DNA from: an uncultured Chloroflexia bacterium
GTDB lineage: Bacteria > Chloroflexota > Limnocylindria > QHBO01
NCBI GenBank assembly: GCA_963790255.1
Contig: CAWBOA010000003.1
Coordinates: 177,825-241,824, forward strand
DNA: 64,000 nt
Direction: 5' to 3'
The position numbers and the translations under genes were made by a program. Of the stretch, positions 44,371 to 54,490 are shown piece by piece; position 1 is the stretch's first letter; every line of letters begins with the position of its first letter. The notes below the pieces were generated by a model. It had not been told where the DNA came from. It did not search any database and saw only the letters and a list, made by a program, of their open reading frames with translations.

Positions 44371-45336
44371 TCAGGCCTCGGGGATCGCCGCCTCGATCGC
44401 CCGCGGCCGCGGCACACGGTTGGCGTGCCGGCGCTCGGTCAGCCACGCCAGCGGCAGCTCGGCGACGAGAAGGACCAGCGCCACCGCCAGGATCATCGGC
44501 TCGCGCGTGGCGAGGCCCATCGCCAGCAGCGCTGTCAGGAAGACGAGGTGGATGACGATCCGCGTGAAGAATGCGGCCCGAAGGTCGAGGATGGCGAAGG
44601 CGGCGCCATCGGGCCTCCCGCGATCGGTGCCGAAGACGCCCCACGCCGCGATTCCCAGAAAGGCGGCGAACGTGAGGGCGAAGAGGACCATGCCCCCACC
44701 GGGTGAGGGGTCGACGAGGGGCTGGACGAGCGCGAACGGGACGATGCTCGCCAGCAGGATGAAGAAGGCCGGCAGCGGCACGGCGACCTGGAGCCACTCG
44801 AGAGCGGGGCGGCGCGCGGCGACGTCACGCAGCCAACGCGTCATCAGGCTGAAGCCGAGCGTCACGAACAGCCAGGAGTAGAAGTTGCCGGCCGGGACGC
44901 CGAACCAGCCGTCGGTCAGGCCGATCTCGCGCCAGCTCCACAGCCCCATCCGGATGGCGACCGCGTCGAAGGCGAGGTCGAGCATGACGGCAAGCACGCT
45001 GTCGACGACCGGGGCATACCGGCGACGCACGCCGAGCGCATCGGTGATGCGCATGGCGCCGGCGATGATGAGCGCCCAGGCCAGGCCGATGACGACTGGC
45101 GCCCGGTCGATGGCCAGGATGAAGTCAGCCGAATAGTGGTACGTCTCGAAGATCAGCTGGTCGCCCTCTTCGAGCAGAAGCCCGAACGCCGCGGCGCTGA
45201 GCAGCTCGAGGAAGGGAAGCCGTCCGCGACGGAGGGCCAGCCAGGCGGCGACGACGAAGAACGTCGTCGCGCCGAGCTCGATCACCACGTAGGTTGGGTT
45301 CATGCGCGGCCATAGTAGCAAGTTTTCCCGCGGCAC
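44371..45336 (-). CDS. polytopic membrane protein; the N-terminal half tentatively resembles the carotenoid-biosynthesis-protein (CruF/PF04240) family
   Basis: About 8 TM helices. The segment VLAVMLDLAFDAVAIRMGLWSWRE resembles the conserved D..DP.a..lg.W.W region of that family, from memory only. An alternative start is ATG 45303. Confidence 0.4.
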   Translation of the reverse strand: MPRENLLLWPRMNPTYVVIELGATTFFVVAAWLALRRGRLPFLELLSAAAFGLLLEEGDQLIFETYHYSADFILAIDRAPVVIGLAWALIIAGAMRITDALGVRRRYAPVVDSVLAVMLDLAFDAVAIRMGLWSWREIGLTDGWFGVPAGNFYSWLFVTLGFSLMTRWLRDVAARRPALEWLQVAVPLPAFFILLASIVPFALVQPLVDPSPGGGMVLFALTFAAFLGIAAWGVFGTDRGRPDGAAFAILDLRAAFFTRIVIHLVFLTALLAMGLATREPMILAVALVLLVAELPLAWLTERRHANRVPRPRAIEAAIPEA

Positions 45337-45360
45337 GGATGTGAGCCGGTAGCACGCGGC

Positions 45361-46377
45361 TCAGGCGGGCTGGGTCGTTGGGCGAAGGCGTGGGGACGAC
45401 CGGCCGGGGAGGGTCGGGAGGCGACCGCCCTGCACCAGCCAGATGCCGGCCAGGACGACGGCGGCGCCGACGAGCGCCGTGCCGGCGATGTTTTCGCCCA
45501 GGACGAGGACAGCCTGGAACGCCCCGAAGACGGGGATCATCAGCGCGAAGGCCGCGGATCGCGACACGCCGAGCCGGCGCATCCCCTCATTGAGCAGCAC
45601 GAACGCCCCGACCGTCGCGAGCACCGACAGCTGGCCGATGGCGATCCAGGTCGCCAGCCCGGCCTCGACGAGTCGGGCGGGGCCGCCCTCGGCGAGGGCG
45701 AGCGGCAGGAGGATGATCGCCGCGCCGGTCGCACCGTAGAGGCTGATGCTGATCGGGCTGAACCGCTTGCCCGCGGCGCGGCTCAGCAGGAAGTAGGACC
45801 CGAAGAGGATCGCGCAGCCGACGAACAGCGCGTCGCCGAGCAGGCGTGCGCCATCGACGTGTCCGGACGGGTCGACGACGAGCAGGACGCCGACCGCGGC
45901 CAGCGCGAGGCCGATCATCGTCGCGCGCGTCGTCGGCTCGCGCAGGACGACGGCCGCCAGTGCCGTGCTCACGATCGGCGCCAGCCCGGGGATGATCATC
46001 GAGGCGTCGGTCGCCGGCGCCAGCCGGAGGCCGTTGAGGAAGAGGATGTTGTACCCGGCGCTCGCGCTGAGGGCCAGGCCCGCGATGACGGGCAGGTCGC
46101 CGATGCGCGGGCGGGACGATCCACGGTCGAGTGCGGGCCACGCCGACCGCAGGGCGGCGAGGAGCACCGCCGCGATGGCGAACCGGGTGGCGGCGACGGT
46201 GAACGGCGGGACATCGGCCACCGCAACCTTGCCGGCGACCATCGCACCGCCGAAGAAGAAGGCCGTGGCGGTCAGCATGGCGAGGCCGACCATGCGGTCG
46301 CGCCGCGCGGCGGTCATCAGGGAGCGCTGGCTCGAGGACATGCGGCCAGCATCGGGTCCATCAGGCCGCATCGGCAT
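45361..46377 (-). CDS. EamA/DMT-family transporter
   Basis: 10-TM duplicated EamA pattern (FGGAMVAGKVAVADVPPFTVAATRFAIAAVLL...). Confidence 0.8.
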   Translation of the reverse strand: MPMRPDGPDAGRMSSSQRSLMTAARRDRMVGLAMLTATAFFFGGAMVAGKVAVADVPPFTVAATRFAIAAVLLAALRSAWPALDRGSSRPRIGDLPVIAGLALSASAGYNILFLNGLRLAPATDASMIIPGLAPIVSTALAAVVLREPTTRATMIGLALAAVGVLLVVDPSGHVDGARLLGDALFVGCAILFGSYFLLSRAAGKRFSPISISLYGATGAAIILLPLALAEGGPARLVEAGLATWIAIGQLSVLATVGAFVLLNEGMRRLGVSRSAAFALMIPVFGAFQAVLVLGENIAGTALVGAAVVLAGIWLVQGGRLPTLPGRSSPRLRPTTQPA

Positions 46378-46457
46378 CCGGCGGGTAGCCCGATCGCGCT
46401 ACGTCGTTCGTCCGACACGACTCTGGGTGGGCGCGTGGAGACGTCCGGGATCGGACG

Positions 46458-46463
46458 TAGAAT
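46458..46463 (+). promoter_or_regulatory. -10 box TAGAAT placed 7 nt before ATG 46471 (leaderless-type promoter)
   Basis: The TAGAAT hexamer overlaps the upstream in-frame ATG 46462. That makes ATG 46471 the likely leaderless start of the aldehyde dehydrogenase gene. Confidence 0.4.
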
Positions 46464-46470
46464 GCGGCGC

Positions 46471-47915
<1,445 letters not shown>

Positions 47916-47919
<4 letters not shown>

Positions 47920-48275
47920 CGGTCGCCTCGCCACGGTTCGCGCGGATCCTGCCCGCCGGCGAGCTGCGGGACGGGGAGCTGCTGCCGGTGGAGATCGACG
48001 GCACGCCGGTCGTTCTCGTCCGCCACGCGGGCGAGTTCTTCGCCGTCCAGAACAACTGCAGCCATCGCGACTTCCCGCTCAGCGAGGCCGGCTTCGACCC
48101 GCGCGACGGCGTGCTCGTCTGCGCATGGCACGGCGGGTGCTTCGACATTCGCAGCGGCGACGCCGTGGTCCCGCCGGCGACCGATCCGGTCGAGACCTTC
48201 CCGGTGCGGGTCAGCGATGGATGGGTCGAGATCGGCCTCACCGGGAGCCTGGCTCGCGAGCGCGGCGCCGCCTGA
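47916..48275 (+). CDS. Rieske [2Fe-2S] ferredoxin-type protein
   Basis: CSHRDFPL...CAWHGGCF (CxH...CxxH). The GTG start overlaps the ALDH stop (GTGA). Confidence 0.85.
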
Positions 48276-48282
48276 CCCCGGA

Positions 48283-49059
48283 ATGAGCCTCGAAGCCCTG
48301 CCGTACGTCAACTGGATCTTCTGGGCGGCCCTCTCGGCCGGCACCCTGCTCGCGGTCGGCATCACCGAGCGGCTGGGCGGGACGACGCGCGGGTACCGGC
48401 TCTTCATGGCCTGGCTGGTCGTGGCATTCGCGGTGGTCCTCGTCCTCAGCGACTTCGCCCTCCCGCCCGAGGTCGCGGCGGCGTCGACCGCGGACCAGCG
48501 CCGCCCGCTCACGATCGCCTTCGGGGTCGGCGCGCTCGGGTACCTCGTCGCCTCGCTGCGTCGATGGCCGCGCAGCGGCGTCGCCATCGGCGCCGGGCTC
48601 GTCGGATTGGCGGCGCTCGCCGTCCTGGCGTTCGCCGGTGGCACCGACAGCGCGGTCCTCTTCGCCGGGCAGCTCGTCCTCGCCGCCCTCGCGCTCGGGG
48701 CCGTCAATGCGGCGATGCTGCTCGGTCACTGGTACCTCGTCACGCCGAAGCTGTCGCCGGCTCCACTGCGCCGGCTGATGTGGCTCCTCGTTGGATCGCT
48801 CGCGCTCCAGGCGGTCGCCTTCGCCGTGGCCGTCGTGACGGGACCGCAGGTGCTCGACGGCGGCCTCGGCTGGCTCACCTGGCTGCGGCTCGGTGTCGGT
48901 ATCGTCCTGCCCATCGGTGTCACGGTCCTGGCGATCCTCGCCTCCAGTGCGGCGTCGCTGCAGGCGGCGACCGGGCTGCTGTACATCGGGCTGGCGCTGG
49001 TCATGGCCGGCGCTATCGCCGGTTCCAGCCTGGCCTACCTCACCGGCGTGCCCGTCTGA
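48283..49059 (+). CDS. integral membrane protein of unknown function (about 8 TM)
   Basis: ATG 48283 opens a continuous hydrophobic helix pattern. No family recognised. Confidence 0.55.
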   Translation: MSLEALPYVNWIFWAALSAGTLLAVGITERLGGTTRGYRLFMAWLVVAFAVVLVLSDFALPPEVAAASTADQRRPLTIAFGVGALGYLVASLRRWPRSGVAIGAGLVGLAALAVLAFAGGTDSAVLFAGQLVLAALALGAVNAAMLLGHWYLVTPKLSPAPLRRLMWLLVGSLALQAVAFAVAVVTGPQVLDGGLGWLTWLRLGVGIVLPIGVTVLAILASSAASLQAATGLLYIGLALVMAGAIAGSSLAYLTGVPV

Positions 49060-49062
49060 CCG

Positions 49063-49713
49063 ATGCGAGTCACCGTGCGCACCTTCGCGTCGCTGCGAGA
49101 GCTCTCGACCGACCACTGCGAGCTGGAGCTCGATGACACGGCGACCGTGGCCGACGCGTGGGCCGCCATGGCCGCCCGCTTCCCGTCACTCGAGCCGCAC
49201 CGTCGATACATCCGCGCCGCCCGCAACGGCGCGTATGCCGGATGGCAGGATGCCGTGGCTGACGGCGACGTGATCGGCCTCCTGCCCCCCGTCAGCGGCG
49301 GATCCTCGGGCCTGACCGACGCTCCCATCGACGTCGCCGCGCTCGAGCGCGAGGTGGCGGCGCCGGGACGTGGCGCCGTGGTCACCTTCGTCGGCACCGC
49401 TCGGGACATCGCCGACGACGACCGCGAGGTCCTCGGCCTCGACTACGAGGTCTACGCCGAGATGGCCGCGCCCGTGCTCGACGAGATCGCGCGCGAGGCC
49501 GAGTCGCGATTCGGCGCTGCGGTGGCCGTCATCCACCGCTTCGGGAGCGTGCCGATCGGCGAGGCGGCGGTGGCCATCGTCACGGCCGCCCGGCACCGGG
49601 GCGAGGCCTACGACGCCAACCGATTCGTCATCGAGGCGATCAAGGAGCGGCTCCCGATCTGGAAGCGAGAGCGGTTCGCGGACGGCAGCGAGTGGAGGCG
49701 CCCGGGCGCCTAG
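49063..49713 (+). CDS. fused molybdopterin synthase MoaD-MoaE (MoaX-like)
   Basis: Residues 1-80 form a MoaD/ThiS fold ending ...GLLPPVSGG. The remainder is MoaE (GAVVTFVGTARD...VAVIHRFGSVPIGEAAVAIVTAARHRGEAYDANRFVIEAIKERLPIWKRE). Confidence 0.85.
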   Translation: MRVTVRTFASLRELSTDHCELELDDTATVADAWAAMAARFPSLEPHRRYIRAARNGAYAGWQDAVADGDVIGLLPPVSGGSSGLTDAPIDVAALEREVAAPGRGAVVTFVGTARDIADDDREVLGLDYEVYAEMAAPVLDEIAREAESRFGAAVAVIHRFGSVPIGEAAVAIVTAARHRGEAYDANRFVIEAIKERLPIWKRERFADGSEWRRPGA

Positions 49714-50228
49714 AGCTCCCGCAGCCAGGCCGCGGCCGCATCGGGCGACGCGAGCCGGATCACGCGCAGCTCCGGCCGCCGCGCGAGTCGCGCGACCATT
49801 CGTCGGCGGCGCCCGCGGTGCGTTCGGAGGATCCACCACAGCAGCCCATCCGGCCGTAGCGCGTTGCGGATCGACTCGCGGTTCCCGGTCCCCGGCCAGA
49901 ACTCCTCCTGCGACCGGATCCGTCGCACCGTGCGACGCGCCCAGCGCGAGAGGACGGTCGGCAGCCGATAATCGAGCCAGATGACGGTGTCTACCCGAGC
50001 CCAGGTGATATCGCGCGCCGCCTCGTAGCCGCCGTCCGCCACCCAGGCATCGCCGGCGAGGGCATCGGTCAGCCGCTGCCGAAACGTCGCCTCGGGCGCC
50101 GGCGTCCAGCTGGGCCCCCAGAAGAGCGCGTCGAGCTCGACGCAGGGAAGGTCGAGCCGTTCAGCGACGGCCCGCGCCAGCGTCGTCTTGCCGGAGCAGC
50201 TCGTTCCGACCACGTTGATCCGGTGCAT
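49710..50228 (-). CDS. P-loop NTPase / adenylate-kinase-like small kinase
   Basis: Walker A in MHRINVVGTSCSGKTTLA, 172 aa. Its stop overlaps the convergent MoaX stop (CTAG at 49710-49713). Confidence 0.65.
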   Translation of the reverse strand: MHRINVVGTSCSGKTTLARAVAERLDLPCVELDALFWGPSWTPAPEATFRQRLTDALAGDAWVADGGYEAARDITWARVDTVIWLDYRLPTVLSRWARRTVRRIRSQEEFWPGTGNRESIRNALRPDGLLWWILRTHRGRRRRMVARLARRPELRVIRLASPDAAAAWLREL

Positions 50229-50296
50229 GGAGCGGCTGATGGTACGAATGAGGGGTGCGTGCAAGCAATGGCCGCGGCAGGCACAATGCGCGGGAC

Positions 50297-51406
50297 ATGG
50301 CGACCCCCAAGCCGGGCGAGATCCGCTGCCCGACCTGCCACCGGTCCACGCCGCCAGCCGCCTTCTGCACTCAATGTGGCTCGGCCATCCCTCCGGATGC
50401 CCGAATTCGGCCGCGGGGCATGGATCGCGATGAGCTCCAGGAGCGCATCCGCGCACGCCGTTCGGGTGGCGAGCCCTATCGACGCGGCGGGACGGTCGAC
50501 GACGAGCGCGGCGACTACGAGCGCTTCGAGCCGGACCCGATCGACTCGCAGGCGCGACGGCCGGGTGCCGCCGCGGAGCAGCGACACCGCGACCTCTTCG
50601 ACGAGCCGATCCCCGAGCCGCCGCCGGTCGTGCCGGTGGCCCCCGATCTCACCCGTGACGCCGACGACTGGGCGTTCCCGCCGCGCGAGCCGGCGCCAGC
50701 TGCACCTCCGCCCGCGGACTTCACCGCGGCGTCGAACGAGCCAGAGATCGAGCCGGAGTACGTCGACAACTTCGACGACGAGGCGTACGACGACTACCCC
50801 TACCAGTACGACGAGTGGGAGGCCTCTCGCGAGCCGCGCTCGGGGGCGGGCGCCTTCGCCATCCTCGGCTTCCTCGCGCTCGGCGTCCTCGCCCTGCTCG
50901 GCGGCGCCGTCCTGGCCGGGGTCTTCGGCGGCGACGGGGCCGGGTCGCTGGATCCCAGCCCCTCGCCATCGGCCAGCGTCGCCGCCAGCGCGGCGCCGAC
51001 GGACGCCGCGAGCACCGAGCCGAGCGCCGCGCCGACGGGATCCCCCGACGCCAGCGGTGGCCCGATCGTCTTCCCCGATGGATTCACCGCCGAGACGCAG
51101 CCATGCCTCCCCGGCAGCGCCGGCGGAACGGGCTGCGACTCCAACGGGGTCAGCAACAACGGTGTCCTCGACATCTGGGTGGGCTTCCAGAACGGGAATG
51201 CCAACGACGTCATCGGGGCGACGCTCGTGGCGCCGGATGGGTCCACGGTCGACGGCTCCATCGATCTCGTCGACATCGGATGCACGCAGTCGTGCAATGG
51301 GTGGACGTACTTCCCGTTCCGAAACCTGACGCCCGGAACGTACGAGGTCGAGATCACCCGCAACGGCGACCCCGCGGCGTCGACCAGCTTCGAGGTCACC
51401 AGCTGA
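50297..51406 (+). CDS. zinc-ribbon / acidic disordered / TM / extracellular beta-domain protein
   Basis: CPTCHRS...FCTQCG zinc ribbon, acidic repeats (DNFDDEAYDDYPYQYDEWE), a TM helix (AFAILGFLALGVLALLGGAVLAGVF), an S/P/A linker, and a C-terminal domain ending GTYEVEITRNGDPAASTSFEV. Confidence 0.65.
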   Translation: MATPKPGEIRCPTCHRSTPPAAFCTQCGSAIPPDARIRPRGMDRDELQERIRARRSGGEPYRRGGTVDDERGDYERFEPDPIDSQARRPGAAAEQRHRDLFDEPIPEPPPVVPVAPDLTRDADDWAFPPREPAPAAPPPADFTAASNEPEIEPEYVDNFDDEAYDDYPYQYDEWEASREPRSGAGAFAILGFLALGVLALLGGAVLAGVFGGDGAGSLDPSPSPSASVAASAAPTDAASTEPSAAPTGSPDASGGPIVFPDGFTAETQPCLPGSAGGTGCDSNGVSNNGVLDIWVGFQNGNANDVIGATLVAPDGSTVDGSIDLVDIGCTQSCNGWTYFPFRNLTPGTYEVEITRNGDPAASTSFEVTS

Positions 51407-51445
51407 GCGATCGGCTGGCGCACGACGTGCACGCGTTCCCCTGAC

Positions 51446-52015
51446 ATGTCCGGCCTGACCTTCGAGCAGATCCGCATTCCGGCCGCCCTGATCCTCATCC
51501 TTGCCGTGGCCTTCATCTTCCTGCCCCGTGCCGGCGACGATGCGACGCTCGCCAATGCCACGCCGACGCCCACCATCGTGGTGGGCCAGCCGGGTGGCGC
51601 GGTGACGACCACCGCCTCGCCGCAGCCGACGGCGACCGCGACGGCCGTCCCGACCGCGACTCCCTCGCCGACACCGACCCCGGTCGTGGCCGACACGTTC
51701 GACGCGGACGTCCTCGCGTGCCGATCGATCTCCGGGTCGGAGTGCGACGACCAGCTCGGGACCCTGCCGACGCGGGCCGGGTCGTTCACCGCCCTCGTGC
51801 TGTTCTCCGACGCCGCCGCCGGCGACACGATCCACGTCGTCCTGACCGGACCGGGCGGGACGGTCTCGGGCGGCCCGTACACGCTCGGCGGAGGCGGCGA
51901 CGGCTACTACTACTCGACGTTCACGATGAGCGGGATGCCGCGGGGCGACTACCTCGTCACGGCCTACCGCAACGGCGAGGCCGTCGCCGATACGACGTTC
52001 CGCAGGGGTCGCTGA
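51446..52015 (+). CDS. membrane-anchored protein with PT linker and a C-terminal beta-domain related to that of 50297-51406
   Basis: N-terminal TM (IPAALILILAVAFIFL), a TPTPT linker, and the C-terminal GDYLVTAYRNGEAVADTTF paralleling GTYEVEITRNGDPAASTSF. Confidence 0.6.
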   Translation: MSGLTFEQIRIPAALILILAVAFIFLPRAGDDATLANATPTPTIVVGQPGGAVTTTASPQPTATATAVPTATPSPTPTPVVADTFDADVLACRSISGSECDDQLGTLPTRAGSFTALVLFSDAAAGDTIHVVLTGPGGTVSGGPYTLGGGGDGYYYSTFTMSGMPRGDYLVTAYRNGEAVADTTFRRGR

Positions 52016-52018
52016 GGG

Positions 52019-53107
52019 TCAGCCGCCGCCGGAGCTTTCGAACGCGCCGCCGAGGTGCGCAATCGGTGAGGCGCCGGACGCCCGCCGCCGGGCCGCCAAC
52101 GCGCTGATCGCCTCGAGCACGCACCTGTGTGCCGCGGCCGCCGTCACCTCGGCCTGGTCGTACGCTGGGGCCACCTCGACCACGTCCATCCCCGCCAGCT
52201 CGACCGACCCGACCACCTGGCGGATGGCGCGCAGGAGCTCGCGTGTCAGCATCCCGCCCGGCTCCGGCGTCCCGGTGCCCGGCGCCATGCCGGGATCGAT
52301 GACGTCGATGTCGACCGACAGGTAGATGAGCTCGGGACCGTCGAGCGCCTCGGCGATCGCGTCGGCGACGACCGCCTCCGCGCCCCGCTCCTCGATCTCG
52401 GTCATGAGGTGCCAGCGCATGCCCTGCTCGCGCATCCAGGCGAGCGTCTCCGGGCTCGGCCAGTAGCCACGCAACCCGACCTGCACGAAGTTGGAGCCGG
52501 CGACCGCGCCAGACTCGATGAGCCGGCGCATCGGCGCGCCATGGGAGCGGAGGTTGCCCCAGGTCGAGTTGGCGGCGTCGGCGTGGGCGTCGAAGTGGAC
52601 GATGCCGAGCCGGCGCGGAGCGACCGAGTGCGACACGGCGGTGGCGGACGGGTAGGTGATGGAGTGGTCGCCACCCAGCACGATCGGGATGGCGCCGGTC
52701 CCGGCCACCTCGCGCACCTTGCGCTCGATGACCTCGTGGGCGCGCTCGATGTTCATCGGCGTCACGGGAGCGTCTCCCGCGTCGATGACGTTCAGCCAGT
52801 CGAACGGCTCGATGTCGAGCTGAAGCGAGTTGATCGCGCCCGAGTGGTAGCTGGCCTGCCGAATCGCGCGCGGCCCGAAGCGGGCGCCGGGACGGTGGCT
52901 GACCGAGTCGTCGAACGGGGCGCCGACGATGGCAACGTCGGGACGCGCTGCGGCCAGGGCGGCCGCATCGGTCACCCACGGCAGCTTCTGGAAGCTGGGC
53001 AGGCCGACGTAGGCGGGGAGGTTGAAATCGTCGTAGGCGGTGTAGGGATCGGCTCCGGGCGGAGCCTCGTCGTTGATGCCGCGTGGGTCGCGGTCGTCGT
53101 CGGCCAT
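52019..53107 (-). CDS. speB: agmatinase / ureohydrolase family
   Basis: Arginase-family Mn-binding motifs GGDHSITYP, VHFDAHADA and SVDIDVIDP. Confidence 0.85.
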   Translation of the reverse strand: MADDDRDPRGINDEAPPGADPYTAYDDFNLPAYVGLPSFQKLPWVTDAAALAAARPDVAIVGAPFDDSVSHRPGARFGPRAIRQASYHSGAINSLQLDIEPFDWLNVIDAGDAPVTPMNIERAHEVIERKVREVAGTGAIPIVLGGDHSITYPSATAVSHSVAPRRLGIVHFDAHADAANSTWGNLRSHGAPMRRLIESGAVAGSNFVQVGLRGYWPSPETLAWMREQGMRWHLMTEIEERGAEAVVADAIAEALDGPELIYLSVDIDVIDPGMAPGTGTPEPGGMLTRELLRAIRQVVGSVELAGMDVVEVAPAYDQAEVTAAAAHRCVLEAISALAARRRASGASPIAHLGGAFESSGGG

Positions 53108-53203
53108 GGCGCTCTCGCGTCACCTCCGGCGTTCAGAAGGGCGCCGTCGCGATGCGGAGCAGGCCCGTCCGGGGCCCGATGCTAGCACTACCATCCGCCC
53201 GGA

Positions 53204-53593
53204 ATGGACGACGATCCGATCTACACCGTCGACGAGGCCCGGCTCCTCGTGCCGCAGGTCCGCGGGACGCTCCTGCAACTCGCGTTCGAGCGACGACGGG
53301 CCGATGAGGCGCACGTGGCGCTCCATCGACGCCTGCGGGCAGCCGACGACGGCCCGGTGCCGGATCAGCGCCGGCTCGAGGCCGAGACGACCGAGCTGCG
53401 CGGCCGCGTCAGGGCGCTGCTCGACCACCTCGAGTCGCTCGGCGTCGTCGTCCGCGACCTTGACGAGGGCCTGGTCGACATCCCCACCGTGCGCGACGGC
53501 GAGCCCGCCTGGCTGTGCTGGCGCCTCGACGACTCGGAGCTCGGCTTCTGGCACACGACGCGCGAGGGCTACGCGTCGCGGCGCCCGCTCTAG
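53204..53593 (+). CDS. DUF2203-family protein
   Basis: YTVDEARLLVPQV... and ...GLVDIPTVRDGEPAWLCWRLDDSELGFWH match the pattern remembered for DUF2203. Confidence 0.6.
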   Translation: MDDDPIYTVDEARLLVPQVRGTLLQLAFERRRADEAHVALHRRLRAADDGPVPDQRRLEAETTELRGRVRALLDHLESLGVVVRDLDEGLVDIPTVRDGEPAWLCWRLDDSELGFWHTTREGYASRRPL

Positions 53594-54490
53594 ATGGCGT
53601 CGGCACTGGTCATCGGTGATGCGCTGCTCGACGTTCACGTCGCTCCCTCGGAGCCGATGCGTCCCGGCGGCGACGTCCCGGCGGCCATCCGCCTCGAGCC
53701 CGGCGGTCAGGGCGCCAACGTCGCGGTCCGTCTGGCGCGCCGCGGGATGGAGGTGAGCCTGATGTGCGCGCTCGCCGACGATCCCGCCGGGGCGATGCTG
53801 AGCGCGGCGTTCGCAGCCGATGGCGTCGACGTGATCGACCTCGGCGCCGAGCACACGGGCACGGTCGTCGTGCTCCTCGATGGAATGGGCGAGCGCACGA
53901 TGCTCAGCCAGCGCGTCCCGCTTGTGCGTCGTCTCGGGCTCGACTGGCCGGAATCCCTTGCGCGGCTCGAGCTCGAATGGCTCGTCGTGTCCGGCTACGT
54001 CCTCCTGGAGCGCGGCGCCGGCATCTCGTTCGCCGGGCAGGCTCCGACACGGCGAGTGGTCCTCGGCTGCTCGCTCGACGCGCACGAGGCGGCACGTTGG
54101 ATCGCGGCTGCTGCGTCGCTCCAGCCGCACCTCGTGATCGTCAACCAGGACGAGGCTCGGACGCTGGCGGGGGAGGACCTCACCGCCAGCGAGCTATCGC
54201 GTCGGCTCGGCCGCCACCTGGACGCGGTCGTCATCGTGACCCACGCCGGCGGCACCGCGGCCACGATCGGCCGCGATACGCTCGACGTCAACGCGGATCC
54301 CGGCGGTCCGGCGGTCGACACCACCGGGGCGGGAGATGCCTTCGCCGCGGCCCTCCTCGCTGACCTGGTGCCCACCGACTCGCCCCCCGACCCCGACAGG
54401 CTGCGGGCTGCGATGACCGTCGCGGTCGCCGTCGCCGCCGCGGTGGCCCGCACGCCAGGCGCGCAGGCCAGGGTGGAGGGAGAGCGATGA
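53594..54490 (+). CDS. psuK: PfkB-family carbohydrate kinase (probable pseudouridine kinase)
   Basis: DTTGAGDAFAAALLADL PfkB signature 2. ATGA overlap with the downstream psuG. Confidence 0.75.
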   Translation: MASALVIGDALLDVHVAPSEPMRPGGDVPAAIRLEPGGQGANVAVRLARRGMEVSLMCALADDPAGAMLSAAFAADGVDVIDLGAEHTGTVVVLLDGMGERTMLSQRVPLVRRLGLDWPESLARLELEWLVVSGYVLLERGAGISFAGQAPTRRVVLGCSLDAHEAARWIAAAASLQPHLVIVNQDEARTLAGEDLTASELSRRLGRHLDAVVIVTHAGGTAATIGRDTLDVNADPGGPAVDTTGAGDAFAAALLADLVPTDSPPDPDRLRAAMTVAVAVAAAVARTPGAQARVEGER

